Counted from the stretch's first letter, positions 1 through 12,133 are shown. The stretch: DNA of 64,000 nt from Patescibacteria group bacterium (GCA_038063515.1 JBBTUY010000002.1:65976-129975), one strand, 5' to 3'. Translations and numbers: made by a program. The notes: generated by a model from the letters alone, not told the origin.

Positions 1-399
1 GTAACAGCATTTGGTAATACATTGTACATGGGTCAACAGGCTCAGTTTGCTGCAACAGCGACTGCTTCAAATTCATTCGCTTTGGTGTTTGAAAATTCTT
101 CTACACCTACAACAGCGGATGTAACTTCTTCAGCTGTGGTTGCTCTATCTACATCAGACGCCCTTGTTTCAAGCAATGGATACATTCTTGATGAAGATGA
201 TGCAAAACACTTCACTCTTGAAGTTACTCAAACAGTTCCTGGTTTGCTTGGTGCTGTCTCAGCTGGAAACTACCGTGTAAGACTTGATGAACTTCGTGTC
301 TTCACTGGTGCTGGCTTAGAATCATCAGCTACTGCATCAAATATTGACTTGTTACCTACAAGTTCATTCAGAACAGCATTCAAATACCTTACAAGCTAA
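1..399 (+). CDS. C-terminal part of a secreted/surface (S-layer-like) protein, 5'-truncated by window edge
   Basis: Frame 1 is open from base 1 to TAA at 397-399; Ala/Thr/Ser-rich beta-type composition; followed by a terminator. Confidence 0.6.
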   Translation, partial: VTAFGNTLYMGQQAQFAATATASNSFALVFENSSTPTTADVTSSAVVALSTSDALVSSNGYILDEDDAKHFTLEVTQTVPGLLGAVSAGNYRVRLDELRVFTGAGLESSATASNIDLLPTSSFRTAFKYLTS

Positions 400-458
400 T
401 TTAGCTTAGGTTTTGAATCTGTTGTGAACTCTGGTTGATACACCTTATAAAGTATTAC

Positions 459-500
459 AAAAAGCCCCGCTTCTCACGAGAAGACGGGGTTTTTTGTTTT
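459..500 (+). terminator. Rho-independent terminator
   Basis: GC stem ccccg-cttctc/gagaag-acgggg followed by a T-tract. Confidence 0.75.
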
Positions 501-561
501 CTTGTTATATTGCATTGCTGGGTTTTAAAAAAGTCGCAATATTTGTTATACTATATATAAT

Positions 562-2592
562 ATGAATACTTTTAAAGAAAAGGCATTAAAATATGGTTCT
601 TATATATTGGTGCTGTTTGCACCGCTTGTATTTTTAAGTCGGAATCTATACCCCCATATTTCAACAAAAACTTTCTTTATTTATGCAGTTGTAGAAATTT
701 TGTTTTTTATATGGCTTTATTTAGTAGTTACTGATAAATCTTATCAAGTTTCAAAAAGGACTATTTTATATTTTTTACCACTTATTTTGTTTGTTTCATG
801 GATGTCTATCTCAGCGTTATTTGCTGTTAATCCACACCTGTCCTTTTGGTCATCATTTGGTAGGGGGACTGGACTTTTGACCTTATACCACTCTTTAGCT
901 CTTTCTTTTGTAATTACATCTCTTGTAAAGAAATACGGTATACCTTATATTATTTCACTTTTCCAATGGTTTGTTTTAGGTGGCTTTTTATTAGCTATGA
1001 GTGTATGGCTTGGAACTGATGGATTTAAATTTTCTGCGACAGTTTTAGTAAAAGATGCAGGGGGCGGTTTTGCTGGAAACTCGACAGTTACCGCTGGATA
1101 TTTACTTTTCACTTTAGCTTTATCAGGTTTTCTCCTTTTGTCAAAAAGCTTGAGTGTTAAAAAAAATATACTTATTATTATAGCTACCTTCTTTATAGCT
1201 TTCAGCCCTGTTTTCTTAAGTCTGTATAGTTTCTTTAATGGAAATGGGTTACTGGGAACTGCTAGAGGTACACTTCTTGGTGTTGGTGCCGGCTTCCTCT
1301 TTCTCGGGGTGGGGTATATGTTTTTCTCAAAAAATAAAGTTATTAAAGGTCTTAGTATTACGAGTATTGTTTTGGCATTAGTGACTTTTGTATTTTTGTG
1401 GGTTCAGTTGGTTACTCCTAATACATATTTGAATAATAAATTTACCGAAGAGGCCAGAAACAGTAGATTTATCTTTTGGAATATTGCACAGAAAGCTATG
1501 AATGAACGTCCTGTTTTTGGTTACGGTCCAGAAAATTACTCAATTGCATATCAGACGTATTTTAATCCACAGATTCTTGTCTCAGAAAACAACTTTGAGG
1601 GGTGGAATGATAGGGCTCACAATATATTTTATGAATTAGGTGCTACCGCTGGATATCCTTCAATTATTCTGTACTCTATATTTTTACTCAGTCTTTTTTA
1701 TGCTATTTGTAGATTATATAATCAAAATAATATAAATAGGCTACAAGCATCTGTTCTTGTAGGTTTATTAACTGCATATATTGTAAATAATTTATTTACT
1801 TTTGACTCCAGTCTTTCTTTGATGTGCTTGTTCATTTTATCTGGGATTTTGTATTCTTTTGAAGATCAAAATGATTTAAAACAAAAATCTTTACCTGTAC
1901 AAATTAATAAATCTACTAAAAAGATTATCGCCGCAGTTTTAATTGTAGTATTTATAATCTTATATATTTTTATAGTTTATATGCCTCTTAGTAAGTCTAG
2001 GGCATATTCAAATACATTTGCATCTGCTATAAATAAAAGACCGGATTTATATTCTAAACTCTTAGAAGGATCAAGAATGGGTGGAGATTGGGATGCTAGC
2101 GGTATGGCCTTTGAGGTTTATAAAAAATACGCAAGCAACCCATCTGTTGTTAAAAATGATCCAAAAATATTACCTTATGCCGTAAAAGATATAACTGCAT
2201 TGCTTCTGTATTTAGAAGAACTTTCCGAAATAAATAAAAGTGATTACCGTCTGTATATAAGTAGAAACTTTTTACAAAATACTGTAACCTATCTAACAGA
2301 TAGTCCATACAATGAAGATATGTCTAGGAAAACACTAGCAGTTTTAGATCATGCAAAATCACTTTCACCAACAAACCCAAATGTGTATTGGAGTATAGCT
2401 CAGGTCAAGATCTGGGGTGGTGATCTAAAGGGAACAGAAGAAGCATATCGAAAAGCCATAGAAGTGGCACCAAACATTGCAAGCTCATATAATTTATTAT
2501 TAAAATACGCTCAAGTTGTAGGTGATCAGAAACTTTTTAATGAAGTGATGTTACAAGCTAAAGAGAATATAAAAGGATACGAACTTAAGTAA
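562..2592 (+). CDS. O-antigen ligase-like (Wzy_C) membrane protein with C-terminal TPR; candidate oligosaccharyltransferase
   Basis: About 12 TM segments; R..IW...[11 protein letters not shown]...DRAHN signature; TPR-like C-terminus. Confidence 0.8.
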   Translation: MNTFKEKALKYGSYILVLFAPLVFLSRNLYPHISTKTFFIYAVVEILFFIWLYLVVTDKSYQVSKRTILYFLPLILFVSWMSISALFAVNPHLSFWSSFGRGTGLLTLYHSLALSFVITSLVKKYGIPYIISLFQWFVLGGFLLAMSVWLGTDGFKFSATVLVKDAGGGFAGNSTVTAGYLLFTLALSGFLLLSKSLSVKKNILIIIATFFIAFSPVFLSLYSFFNGNGLLGTARGTLLGVGAGFLFLGVGYMFFSKNKVIKGLSITSIVLALVTFVFLWVQLVTPNTYLNNKFTEEARNSRFIFWNIAQKAMNERPVFGYGPENYSIAYQTYFNPQILVSENNFEGWNDRAHNIFYELGATAGYPSIILYSIFLLSLFYAICRLYNQNNINRLQASVLVGLLTAYIVNNLFTFDSSLSLMCLFILSGILYSFEDQNDLKQKSLPVQINKSTKKIIAAVLIVVFIILYIFIVYMPLSKSRAYSNTFASAINKRPDLYSKLLEGSRMGGDWDASGMAFEVYKKYASNPSVVKNDPKILPYAVKDITALLLYLEELSEINKSDYRLYISRNFLQNTVTYLTDSPYNEDMSRKTLAVLDHAKSLSPTNPNVYWSIAQVKIWGGDLKGTEEAYRKAIEVAPNIASSYNLLLKYAQVVGDQKLFNEVMLQAKENIKGYELK

Positions 2593-2621
2593 TTTACAGT
2601 AAAAATTGTTGTTATAAATGT

Positions 2622-3683
2622 ATGGCAGATAAAAAACGGGCTTTAATAATAGGAATAACAGGTCAGGACGGCTCATATTTAGCTGAATTTTTGCTAGAAA
2701 AAGGTTATGAAGTTCACGGTATGATTCGTCGATCTTCGAGTTTTAATACATCAAGATTAGATAAAATATATGAAGATCCACATGTCGACAACAGGCATTT
2801 AATTCTCCACTACGGAGATTTGTCTGATTCTAATAGTATAAATTCTATGCTTAATAAAAGTAAGCCGGATGAAATTTATAATTTGGGTGCACAGAGTCAT
2901 GTAAGAGTAAGCTTTGATATACCTGAATACACAGCTGACATCGACGCACTAGGAACCCTGCGACTTTTAGATGTTATAAAAGAGCAGAATTATCCTATAA
3001 AATTTTATCAGGCGGGAAGTAGTGAAATGTTCGGAAAGGTCTTAGAGACTCCACAAAAAGAAACAACACCATTTAATCCGCAAAGTCCTTATGGTTGCTC
3101 TAAAGTTTTTTCTCATATGATTTGTAGAAATTATCGTGAGTCATACAACATGTTTGTTTGTAATGGAATACTCTTTAACCATGAGTCCCCGAGAAGAGGG
3201 AGAACATTTGTTACTAAAAAGATCGTAGAAGGTTTAGTGGATATAAAGCTTGGTCTTAAAGATAGAATTTTCCTAGGTAACTTGGATGCAAAAAGAGACT
3301 GGGGTTATGCCAAGGATTATGTAAAAGCGATGTGGATGATGCTACAACAAGATAATCCTGATGACTATGTAATAGCTACAGGAGAAACTCATTCTGTGCG
3401 TGAATTTGTGGATTATGTGGCATTGATTTTAGGCTATGATATTGTCTGGGAGGGAGACGGGCTTAAGGAAGAGGGCATAGACCGAAACTCCAGAAAAGTA
3501 CTTGTAAGCATCGACGAGTCTTACTATAGGCCATCCGAAGTCGATCTATTATTAGGTGACAGTACAAAAGCGAAACAAAAATTAAATTGGACTGCTGAAG
3601 TAAAATTTAAAGAGCTTGTAGATTTGATGACCAAAGAAGAATTTAACATTCGAGGTTTAAAAAGTGAGGATTATTTAAAATAG
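2622..3683 (+). CDS. gmd: GDP-mannose 4,6-dehydratase
   Basis: [43 protein letters not shown] motifs. Confidence 0.97.
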   Translation: MADKKRALIIGITGQDGSYLAEFLLEKGYEVHGMIRRSSSFNTSRLDKIYEDPHVDNRHLILHYGDLSDSNSINSMLNKSKPDEIYNLGAQSHVRVSFDIPEYTADIDALGTLRLLDVIKEQNYPIKFYQAGSSEMFGKVLETPQKETTPFNPQSPYGCSKVFSHMICRNYRESYNMFVCNGILFNHESPRRGRTFVTKKIVEGLVDIKLGLKDRIFLGNLDAKRDWGYAKDYVKAMWMMLQQDNPDDYVIATGETHSVREFVDYVALILGYDIVWEGDGLKEEGIDRNSRKVLVSIDESYYRPSEVDLLLGDSTKAKQKLNWTAEVKFKELVDLMTKEEFNIRGLKSEDYLK

Positions 3684-3684
3684 T

Positions 3685-4617
3685 ATGGATAAAAATGCAA
3701 AAATTTATGTTGCAGGGCATGCGGGATTAGTGGGGCAGGCTTTTGTGCGAGAGCTTGAAAAAAATGGATATAAAAATATCATAATAAAAACTCATGCTGA
3801 GTTAGACCTTACTCAACAAGAAGAAGTTCAAAGATTTTTTGAAACAGAATTGCCTGAATATGTTTTTTTGGCTGCTGCAAAAGTGGGTGGAATATTTGCA
3901 AATGACACATATCCAGCTCAATTTATCAGAGAGAATTTATTGATAGAGACTAATATTATAGATTCTTCTTATAAGATTGGTGTTAAAAAGTTACTTTTTC
4001 TTGGAAGTGCGTGTGTTTATCCTAAAGTAACCGCTCAACCCATTAAGGAGGAGTATTTACTGACTGGTGAATTAGAGCCAACAAATAAAGCCTACGCCAT
4101 AGCTAAAATAGCAGGTATTGTTATGTGTCAGTCATACAATAAACAATACGGGACAAATTTTATAAGTGTCATGCCAACAAATTTATATGGTGAGGGAGAC
4201 AATTTTGATTTAGAAAATTCGCATGTCATACCGGCTATGATAAGAAAGTTTCATGAGGCCAAAAAAAATAATTTAAAAGAAGTTATTTTATGGGGGACTG
4301 GTAGTCCAACTAGAGAGTTTTTATACGTAGACGATTTAGCTTCAGCTTGTATTTTTTTAATGAATAATTATAATAGTTCGGAAATTATAAATATTGGTTT
4401 AGGTGAAGATTTAACGATATTAGAATTGGCTAATATTATTAAAAAAGTTGTTGGATATGAAGGAAATATTGTATGGGATACATCGAAGCCAGATGGTACG
4501 CCGAGACGTCTCTTAGATGTTTCTAAAATAAAGAGATTGGGCTGGAGTCCTAAAGTGAATCTGGTTGATGGTCTAAATCAAACTTATACTTGGTATAAAG
4601 AAAACATAAAATTATGA
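3685..4617 (+). CDS. fcl: GDP-L-fucose synthase
   Basis: [41 protein letters not shown] motifs; directly follows gmd. Confidence 0.95.
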   Translation: MDKNAKIYVAGHAGLVGQAFVRELEKNGYKNIIIKTHAELDLTQQEEVQRFFETELPEYVFLAAAKVGGIFANDTYPAQFIRENLLIETNIIDSSYKIGVKKLLFLGSACVYPKVTAQPIKEEYLLTGELEPTNKAYAIAKIAGIVMCQSYNKQYGTNFISVMPTNLYGEGDNFDLENSHVIPAMIRKFHEAKKNNLKEVILWGTGSPTREFLYVDDLASACIFLMNNYNSSEIINIGLGEDLTILELANIIKKVVGYEGNIVWDTSKPDGTPRRLLDVSKIKRLGWSPKVNLVDGLNQTYTWYKENIKL

Positions 4618-5459
4618 TAATTGTAAGGTTAAAAGGGGGCTTGGGTAATCAGATGTTTCAGTATGCATTGGGACGTGTTTTGTCCTTGAGGCACAATACA
4701 GCTCTAGGGTTAGATACTAGTTTTTATAAATTAGATTTGATCCCTAAAAGGAGATATGATTTAGATCTTTTTAATATCACAGGTAAAGTTTTATCTAAAA
4801 ATAATATTCCATTTCTATACAGAATATCTCAGAAATTCAGACTTGTAGATAAATTTATTCCCAACAAAGGCAAGGAGAAGTTTTTTCATTTTGATCCTAA
4901 TATTTTTTCTTTAGGCAGTAGCTTATATTTAGATGGCTATTGGCAAAGCCCTAAATATTTCGAAGGTTTTGAAGATGCCATAAGAGAAGAATTTACTTTT
5001 AAAAATCCTTTACCTTTAAAAATTAACAATCTCGCAACTGATATAGAAAATATAAATTCACTTTGTATACATGTACGAAGGGGGGACTATGTGGGAAATG
5101 CTAACCATGATGTATTTAGTATGGAATATTATAAAAAAGGTGTTGATTATATTAATCAACAAACAAAAATAGACAAGATCTTTGTTTTTTCTGATGACAT
5201 AGAATGGTGTAAAAATAATTTAATTTTCGAAATGCCGGTATTTTTTGTAGGAAATGAATATGCAGGATTAAAAGATGAAGGTCATATGTATCTAATGAGT
5301 AGATGTAAAAATTTTATAATTGCAAACAGTTCTTTTTCTTGGTGGGCAGCATGGCTCTCTGTTTCTAAAAATAAAACGGTTGTTTGTCCAAAGAATTGGT
5401 TTAAGGATGCTTCTATTAATACAGATGATTTAATACCTAAAGAATGGATAAGAATATGA
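4614..5459 (+). CDS. GT11 alpha-1,2-fucosyltransferase family protein
   Basis: [29 protein letters not shown] motifs. Confidence 0.92.
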   Translation: MIIVRLKGGLGNQMFQYALGRVLSLRHNTALGLDTSFYKLDLIPKRRYDLDLFNITGKVLSKNNIPFLYRISQKFRLVDKFIPNKGKEKFFHFDPNIFSLGSSLYLDGYWQSPKYFEGFEDAIREEFTFKNPLPLKINNLATDIENINSLCIHVRRGDYVGNANHDVFSMEYYKKGVDYINQQTKIDKIFVFSDDIEWCKNNLIFEMPVFFVGNEYAGLKDEGHMYLMSRCKNFIIANSSFSWWAAWLSVSKNKTVVCPKNWFKDASINTDDLIPKEWIRI

Positions 5460-6283
5460 ATAAATTAGTATCAGTATTACTACCTACGTATAATGGTGCG
5501 AGTCGCATACAAGAGGCCATACAGAGCGTTTTGGACCAATCCTACGCTAATTGGGAGCTCTTGGTGCTTGATGATGGCTCTCTCGACAATACTAAAGAAA
5601 TCGTAGACAAGCTTATCTTGGGTGATCGTAGAATAAAGTACATGAAGAACGAAGTAAATTTAGGGATCCAAAAAACTTTAAATGTTGGATTACATCAAGG
5701 GGTGGGAGAATACATAGCCCGTATTGACGATGACGACGTATGGATAGATAGAAATAAGATTTCAAAACAAGTAGAATTTTTAGAAAAAAATAAAGATTAT
5801 GTTTTAGTGGGCACAGGTTTTGTGGCAAAGGATGAGAATAATAAAGAAATATACAAACTATTTAATGCAGAGAAAGACGAAGATATAAGAATAAAGATTT
5901 TAAATAAAAATTGTTTCTTGCATTCTAGTGTTGTTTTTCAGAGAGGCGTTGCTTTAAAGTTCGGAGGATATTCTGAAACAGAAGCTACAAAGCATATAGA
6001 GGATTATGATCTGTGGCTTAAGATGGGCACTGTCGGTAAATTTGCTAATTTGCCGACATATAGTGTTAACTTTAGCTTAAGGACTGAAAGTATAAGTTCT
6101 AAAAACAAGACCATTCAGTTTGAGAGATGTATTCACATCATAGGAAAATATAAAGAATATTACCCAAACTATCATTGGGCATTTTTTAATCTCTCTACTC
6201 GTATGTTTATTTATAAGTTTTTCCAAATAAAACCTTTTAACTACTTTTATAAATATTTCTATAAGTTATATAAAAATATCTAA
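5456..6283 (+). CDS. GT2 family glycosyltransferase
   Basis: VSVLLPTYN, DDGS, ARIDDDD, EDYDLW; ATG at 5456 overlaps the upstream stop (alternative start 5444). Confidence 0.9.
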   Translation: MNKLVSVLLPTYNGASRIQEAIQSVLDQSYANWELLVLDDGSLDNTKEIVDKLILGDRRIKYMKNEVNLGIQKTLNVGLHQGVGEYIARIDDDDVWIDRNKISKQVEFLEKNKDYVLVGTGFVAKDENNKEIYKLFNAEKDEDIRIKILNKNCFLHSSVVFQRGVALKFGGYSETEATKHIEDYDLWLKMGTVGKFANLPTYSVNFSLRTESISSKNKTIQFERCIHIIGKYKEYYPNYHWAFFNLSTRMFIYKFFQIKPFNYFYKYFYKLYKNI

Positions 6284-6291
6284 ATTCTTTT

Positions 6292-7287
6292 TTATTTGCC
6301 TTTATTTTTTATAAATCCAAATAGAATGCTTATGTATTTTGGATAAAATATAAGGTTGAAAATTTGTCTAATTAAAAATACTGGGAGATAAAGGTAGAAA
6401 GAGCCAAAAGTTATTCTAAACATTTTTTTATATTGATGAGCTGGGAGTTTTGCTCGTAGTGTTTTTAGTAGATTATTTTGGGGGAATCCAGCTAGTATTC
6501 TGTAAGTTATTTTGTCTGACCATAAGAGAGGAATAGGGTAGTGTCCATCAATGGTAGACATCCATTTGCTATAAAAAGTAAGCTCTTTTTCAAAAGTCTT
6601 ACTTGGGTCAAAGGTCATATTTTCATTATGTTTACGAATATGAACTAATATTTTTGCGACAAAATCAACTTCAAATTTCTGAGCAATACGAAGCCACATA
6701 TCAAAGTCTTCAGCATATTTTAAATTTTCATCAAAAAAGCCTACCACATCAAAGACGTTTCTTTTTATTAGAACACCACTTCCACTTGAAGTAATTTGGT
6801 TTCTTTCTAGTAATTTTTCAAATACCATGCCTCGCATCCTTTTTTTATCAAGAGGTGCTTTATAATTTCTGTATTGCGTATTTCCATTTATGTCTATTAC
6901 ATCATAGTCACAATACACCAAAGCTAGATTTTCAAATTCTGTTGTCTGGCAGACATTCATTTGTTCCTCTAATTTATTTTTATCCCAGATATCATCAGCA
7001 TCTAAGAAGGCAATAAATTCTCCCATACTTTCTTTTATTCCAGTATTTCGCGCAGAAGAAAGCCCACCGTTTTCCTGTTTAATTATTTTTATTTCTAGTG
7101 AACAAGTTTTCGCATATTCTAAAACTACAGAATATGTATTATCTGTGGATCCATCATCTACAACAATTATTTTATTAGGAGGTAAGGTTTGATGAGCTAC
7201 AGAATTAAGTGCTTGAAGTATAAATTTCTCACCATTGTAAACAGGGATAACTACATCTATTTTTTTATAAGTTGAGTCATTAATCAT
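6292..7287 (-). CDS. GT2 family glycosyltransferase
   Basis: VVIPVYN, DDGSTD, SARNTG, FLDADD, EDFDMW. Confidence 0.9.
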   Translation of the reverse strand: MINDSTYKKIDVVIPVYNGEKFILQALNSVAHQTLPPNKIIVVDDGSTDNTYSVVLEYAKTCSLEIKIIKQENGGLSSARNTGIKESMGEFIAFLDADDIWDKNKLEEQMNVCQTTEFENLALVYCDYDVIDINGNTQYRNYKAPLDKKRMRGMVFEKLLERNQITSSGSGVLIKRNVFDVVGFFDENLKYAEDFDMWLRIAQKFEVDFVAKILVHIRKHNENMTFDPSKTFEKELTFYSKWMSTIDGHYPIPLLWSDKITYRILAGFPQNNLLKTLRAKLPAHQYKKMFRITFGSFYLYLPVFLIRQIFNLIFYPKYISILFGFIKNKGK

Positions 7288-8869
7288 TTTGTTTAAATAA
7301 GTGTTTATATTTTTCTTTGTTTTCTAAAATGTATTTTGGTAAATCAGATTCATCAATCCAGAATTTAAATTTTCTACCCATATAATCTGTTTGTCCAAAC
7401 CTCTCCTCTAATTTATCCTGAACTTTCTTATTATTATAACTCTCTTCTGTATAACTATCATGTAATTTTCTTTTGACTTCCTCGAGTCCACCCATAGACG
7501 TAAAGTGCCAGCCACCATTTTCTAGCACAGTCCACTTTTTGTCTGTTCGTAAATGATTTAAGCAACCGTCTTTTATTGTTTTATAATTAGTTAAAAGAGT
7601 TCCTGTCCAAGGCTCATTAGATCTATTGTTTAAATAGTAAACAGAAACTAATTGGCTTAATTTATATTTATTTATTTCTTTTGGCATTCCTTGTGTTAGT
7701 TTCCATATTTCATCTACATCTCCGATAAAGCATATGTCCTCGTCATTTAAATGAGTTAAAGCTTTTTTAATACTTTCTTTTTGGTAAAATTCTCGTCTCC
7801 AATGCTCTGGTCCATCTTTCGGAACGTTTGGACTAGCATCGGCAATTTTTAATATTTCAGCATCATTCGGATAATCATCAATAATAAAGTATTTTATTTT
7901 ATGTAAAAAGGGAGAAAAACGTTCTTTCTGCATTTCAAAGTATAGAGGTTTAGGCTTGCCACTAAAAGTGCTAGGAGCTTCGACTATTATGAATTCATCT
8001 ACAAAGTCGTTTAAAATATTAAGTCTTAGTTCAAGCATTTCTTCTTCACCATTGTAGGTAAAGATGTCATAAATTTTTATTCTCTTTCTTAAATCTATGA
8101 GTTCACTCGAAGAATAATATTCTATTTGTTTCTTTTTAAATTTTCTAAATAGCTTTTTAAATTTAAAAATTAAATTTTTAAAAGTTTTGTAGATATAATT
8201 CTTTACTTTGTAAGAGATTTTTAAGTTTAAATCTAGCTCTCCATTCCATAAATGATACAAAATTCTCTCTATGATCTGGGCTTCACCAGGGTGTGGGCTA
8301 TAGTCTATGTATGTGCGAAGTTGTTCGTAGAATGATTTTGGGTATTGTAAAATATTTTCTCTAGTAACTAAATAATTAGAGCCTGGGGCGAATTTTATAT
8401 ATTTTGGTATATTTTTTATGAAAGGCCAGATTAAGTCATCGTATGTTTTAAAATATTTTGAAGCGAAAATATTTAAATACCAGCTGTTGTTTATTTCGTT
8501 ATACATACCGTCATCCCCATAAAATGCTACCGGTAGGTGTATTTTATGGTGTTTTGTGAATATGGGAGTGAATACTTTATTATTACAAATATTATCAAAC
8601 TCTTCTTTCGTAATATACTTAAATATGTTACCTTTGGTCAGAATCATTGAGCTAGGTAGGTTTTCGTAGTTGTCTATAATGTACGTAAATTTATCATAAA
8701 TATCCCAGCCAATATTTGGTACTTTCATTACCTTTTTGGGATCAAAAGGTTTTACCCATTCATCTGTATCACTTCGATCATAAATAATATAATTATCTGT
8801 GTAGTCTAAAATCCAGCTTATATCAGCGTTGTAATTTGAAACCATTAAAAAATTATCTTTTATTTTCAT
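7280..8869 (-). CDS. Fusion of a DUF3431-like domain and a GT17 (beta-1,4-GlcNAc transferase-like) domain
   Basis: N-half PNIG..YIIDNYENLP..FAPG..ER; C-half E.EMLELRL, TFSGKPKPL, DVDEI, GGWHF. Confidence 0.7.
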   Translation of the reverse strand: MKIKDNFLMVSNYNADISWILDYTDNYIIYDRSDTDEWVKPFDPKKVMKVPNIGWDIYDKFTYIIDNYENLPSSMILTKGNIFKYITKEEFDNICNNKVFTPIFTKHHKIHLPVAFYGDDGMYNEINNSWYLNIFASKYFKTYDDLIWPFIKNIPKYIKFAPGSNYLVTRENILQYPKSFYEQLRTYIDYSPHPGEAQIIERILYHLWNGELDLNLKISYKVKNYIYKTFKNLIFKFKKLFRKFKKKQIEYYSSSELIDLRKRIKIYDIFTYNGEEEMLELRLNILNDFVDEFIIVEAPSTFSGKPKPLYFEMQKERFSPFLHKIKYFIIDDYPNDAEILKIADASPNVPKDGPEHWRREFYQKESIKKALTHLNDEDICFIGDVDEIWKLTQGMPKEINKYKLSQLVSVYYLNNRSNEPWTGTLLTNYKTIKDGCLNHLRTDKKWTVLENGGWHFTSMGGLEEVKRKLHDSYTEESYNNKKVQDKLEERFGQTDYMGRKFKFWIDESDLPKYILENKEKYKHLFKQND

Positions 8870-9789
8870 GTAATTTTATTTATCGCTCTTCTTATTTTTT
8901 GTGGTATCAGTCTAGCTAGGCGTTTACTGAAAGGTACATCTGATAGATAAATGGGGGATGTATCCTTAATATTATTTTCCTCGTATGCTTTTAGAGATTC
9001 TTCGCAAGATTTAGCACTGTGTAAATTTCCCAGTCTGTCTTGATACATCCATCCATCTACAATATTATATCCACAAGACCAATATCCATCTGAAACATTG
9101 TGACGAGCCCAATATTTAGGGGCAATGACCATTTCCACATTTTCATTGAGCCATGCGGGTATGATAGCAAAACTAGAGTTTGAAAGGATCAAATATTTTG
9201 CATATTGTATGGAAGCATAGTCGTTTGCGAAGTCATGTGATATTTCATAGTCTGGGAAAAATTTCTTTGCTGTTTTAACATCATCTGTGACCACTCGAAA
9301 TAGCATATTAGGGTTTATCTTTTGCATATTCACGACAGCGCTCCTCCAATATTTTTTGGCTAGAAATAATTCTTGTCCTCCCACATACTCACCACCTCTA
9401 AAATTAATTATACATAAATTTTCTGGTAGACTTACTTCTTCTATTTTTAGCCATTCTCTGATTTCATTTTTTCTATGAATAAAATACTTTTCTCCTTGAA
9501 ATTCTCCATCTATCAGTGTGTTGTCTGTTATTTTAGCTACTCCATCAAGATCGTAAGTTCTAATGTCCGTTAATCCATCAGTGTGATTTACTCTTGGTTC
9601 TGTGTAAGAGTGGGTTAGGTTTGTTGTGGGTGTACCCATATCTATTTTTAAGAAAGATGAGGCTTTAAAATTTTCTGGATTTTGCATACCAAAATCATAA
9701 CCCTTATCCATCGCAAGAGATCGTACAAATACGTATCTAAATAGTTGATTTCCTAAACCAGAACCTTTGTGAAATATGCCAGCAATCAT
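8866..9789 (-). CDS. Divergent GT11-like glycosyltransferase
   Basis: GLGNQLF, NFRGGEY, VTDD, SNSSFA motifs. Confidence 0.75.
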   Translation of the reverse strand: MIAGIFHKGSGLGNQLFRYVFVRSLAMDKGYDFGMQNPENFKASSFLKIDMGTPTTNLTHSYTEPRVNHTDGLTDIRTYDLDGVAKITDNTLIDGEFQGEKYFIHRKNEIREWLKIEEVSLPENLCIINFRGGEYVGGQELFLAKKYWRSAVVNMQKINPNMLFRVVTDDVKTAKKFFPDYEISHDFANDYASIQYAKYLILSNSSFAIIPAWLNENVEMVIAPKYWARHNVSDGYWSCGYNIVDGWMYQDRLGNLHSAKSCEESLKAYEENNIKDTSPIYLSDVPFSKRLARLIPQKIRRAINKIT

Positions 9790-10415
9790 TTTTCAAAGTT
9801 GGGGTAAATCTTGTTACGACCATGATTTTTATGGAAAACAAATGTTTTCTCCACCTCTTTATTTTCTGGAATTTCTGATTCTCTTCCGAAATATTTCGCT
9901 ACTTCTATCGGCGCAAATACGCATCCGTGTTCTTCGTATACATGTCGCATGTTTACTGACACGTATCCATCCTCGTTGTAAAATCCATGAAAGGGTTTCC
10001 ACTCCATTCCAATTTTCTTAGGAAGCTGTAATAATTTCTTAGACCTTAAAGATACGCTGTTTCCAACTCTCTGTATTTTCCCATTAACGTCACGATAAGA
10101 AAAATCGTCTTTTGGAAGAGGGAACGGAGAACCAATAAAATCATATTTCAACCATTCGTCATTCCATGCCTCAGGGTGCACTACAAAACCATCTGGGTGT
10201 ACTAAGAGTGCAAATTCTGTATTTATATGGTCTCCTAAATCAAAAACAACTGCTTTATTCCATTCATCTATGGTATTAGTATCTACAATTATATTTTTAA
10301 CTTCTCCAAATTCTATATTTTGAGAACTATAATCAAGAGCTTTTTGTTGTTGGTCTCTGTATTTTTCGGATCCAAAACAGCACAGAGTTACATTTGGTAG
10401 TTTTAATTTATTCAT
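9786..10415 (-). CDS. DUF5672-like putative glycosyltransferase
   Basis: HPDGFV..W..YDFIG.P, VGN.VSLRSKKL, NEDG, F.FH pattern. Confidence 0.7.
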   Translation of the reverse strand: MNKLKLPNVTLCCFGSEKYRDQQQKALDYSSQNIEFGEVKNIIVDTNTIDEWNKAVVFDLGDHINTEFALLVHPDGFVVHPEAWNDEWLKYDFIGSPFPLPKDDFSYRDVNGKIQRVGNSVSLRSKKLLQLPKKIGMEWKPFHGFYNEDGYVSVNMRHVYEEHGCVFAPIEVAKYFGRESEIPENKEVEKTFVFHKNHGRNKIYPNFEK

Positions 10416-11040
10416 AATCTTTTGGTATTGGAGTTCCTGTTTCTTTTATATAATCTTCTACACTATTTGGTTCTACGTCCGGACGGGTCCTTTTAGCTAG
10501 TTCAAACATTGTCTTTCTACCCGTACCTAAATACTCCAAGCTAGATGTCTTTCTATCCCATTCTAAAACTCTTTTTGCTAATAATTCTGCAATGATGTCT
10601 ACATAGTCACCTTGAGTATATTGATCCACATAAGCCTTAGGGAAAGGGAATGGGTTTGGTTTGAATATTGTTCTTATTATTAGATGGTTCTTGTGCGTTT
10701 TTGTAATTTCTTCTCCAAGCTTTTTAGTTAGAGCATAAATACTGATAGGGTTGTGAGCATACTCACTTGATATAAAAATAAACGGTGTATTTTTGTAGCG
10801 CTCTATTAAATTAAAAGTACCATAAACATTTGTCATAAAACATTCGTCCTTGCCTTCTAGTTCAGCATTTTTTACATTTGTGTATGCTCCTGTGTGTAGA
10901 ATCAGATCGTATTCTTTTTCTAAATTAATTGGTTTTGTAAAGTCTAAATCTTCTCTACCTAGGTAGTCTCCTTTGAGATGCTTTTTTAATTCTGTAGCTA
11001 GTTCTCCATTACCACCGGTAATTAAAATTTTACTTTCCAT
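10408..11040 (-). CDS. Short RmlD-like NAD(P)-dependent sugar reductase
   Basis: ITGGNGEL, AYTNV, ISSEY, YALTK (YxxxK). Confidence 0.75.
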   Translation of the reverse strand: MESKILITGGNGELATELKKHLKGDYLGREDLDFTKPINLEKEYDLILHTGAYTNVKNAELEGKDECFMTNVYGTFNLIERYKNTPFIFISSEYAHNPISIYALTKKLGEEITKTHKNHLIIRTIFKPNPFPFPKAYVDQYTQGDYVDIIAELLAKRVLEWDRKTSSLEYLGTGRKTMFELAKRTRPDVEPNSVEDYIKETGTPIPKDYE

Positions 11041-12124
11041 AAAACTCTTTTACTTTAGATATTATAAAATCAACTTGCTCATTAGTAAGGGCATTGTGTA
11101 CTGGGAGAGAGAGAAGTTTTAACCAAACTTTATCTGTTACAGGTAGAGGTCTTTTTACTGCTTTTTTCCAATATGTCATTTCAGAGAGAGGTTTGAAATG
11201 TACAGATGTAGCAATACCGTTATTAGCAAGAAATTCTCCTAATTCATCTCTGTTTTCACATTGCATTGTGTAGTATTGTACTGTGTGAGAAGGTGCGGGT
11301 GTTTTGATTTGAGGCATATCTTTAAATGCTATGTTGTACATCGATTCAATTTCACGTCTATGTGCATTTGTTTCTTCGAGTCTACGAAGCTGTCCGAGCC
11401 CTACTACGGCTTGCACGTCAGTCATGTAGGCTTTGATACCTTGTGCTTGAGTTATGTCATAATCCCAGGTGTATTTCTTTTGATCTACTCTGTCATATGT
11501 AGACTTCTCGACACCAAGCCATGTTAGAGTGCGTAGTCTTTTATAAATAGCCTCATCGTTTGTAGTGATGGCCCCACCGTCCCACATCGGTAAAGATTTT
11601 ACCGCTTGAAAGCTCCAAATTGTAATATCTGCATGTTCACCAGCGCTAGGGGTATACATTGCATGTGCTGCGTCTTCTATAACTAGTACATCTTTGCGAC
11701 CCAGTTCTTTTAACTTATCTTTTATTGCTAAAATGTCTGTAAGTCTGCCATGTGAATCCACAGTAATTATCGCTTTTGTTTCCGGGGTAATTACTATAGA
11801 TTTTGGGTCGAGACATAAAGTCTCAGGATCAATATCAGCAAAAGTAACATCCATGCCATTCCATTCACCGACAATAGCGTCAGAAACAAAAGTCATCGGA
11901 GTGGTAATTAATTCTCCACCATGAATATTATAAACTTTTAAACATAGATCAAGAGCTGAGGTTCCAGAGTTCATACCTACGCAGTATTTTGCACCTACAT
12001 ACTTAGCAAATTTCTCTTCAAATTCTTGGGTTTTAGGACCAAATCCCCACCATCCGGAATCGAGGACTTCTAAAAGTTCTTTTTTAGTTTGCTCATCAAT
12101 TGTGGGACGTAATACTGGTATCAT
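11030..12124 (-). CDS. DegT/DnrJ/EryC1/StrS family sugar aminotransferase
   Basis: NSGTSAL, IEDAAHA, SFQAVK (PLP lysine), LSLP. Confidence 0.92.
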   Translation of the reverse strand: MIPVLRPTIDEQTKKELLEVLDSGWWGFGPKTQEFEEKFAKYVGAKYCVGMNSGTSALDLCLKVYNIHGGELITTPMTFVSDAIVGEWNGMDVTFADIDPETLCLDPKSIVITPETKAIITVDSHGRLTDILAIKDKLKELGRKDVLVIEDAAHAMYTPSAGEHADITIWSFQAVKSLPMWDGGAITTNDEAIYKRLRTLTWLGVEKSTYDRVDQKKYTWDYDITQAQGIKAYMTDVQAVVGLGQLRRLEETNAHRREIESMYNIAFKDMPQIKTPAPSHTVQYYTMQCENRDELGEFLANNGIATSVHFKPLSEMTYWKKAVKRPLPVTDKVWLKLLSLPVHNALTNEQVDFIISKVKEFYGK

Positions 12125-12133
12125 GCCATCATT

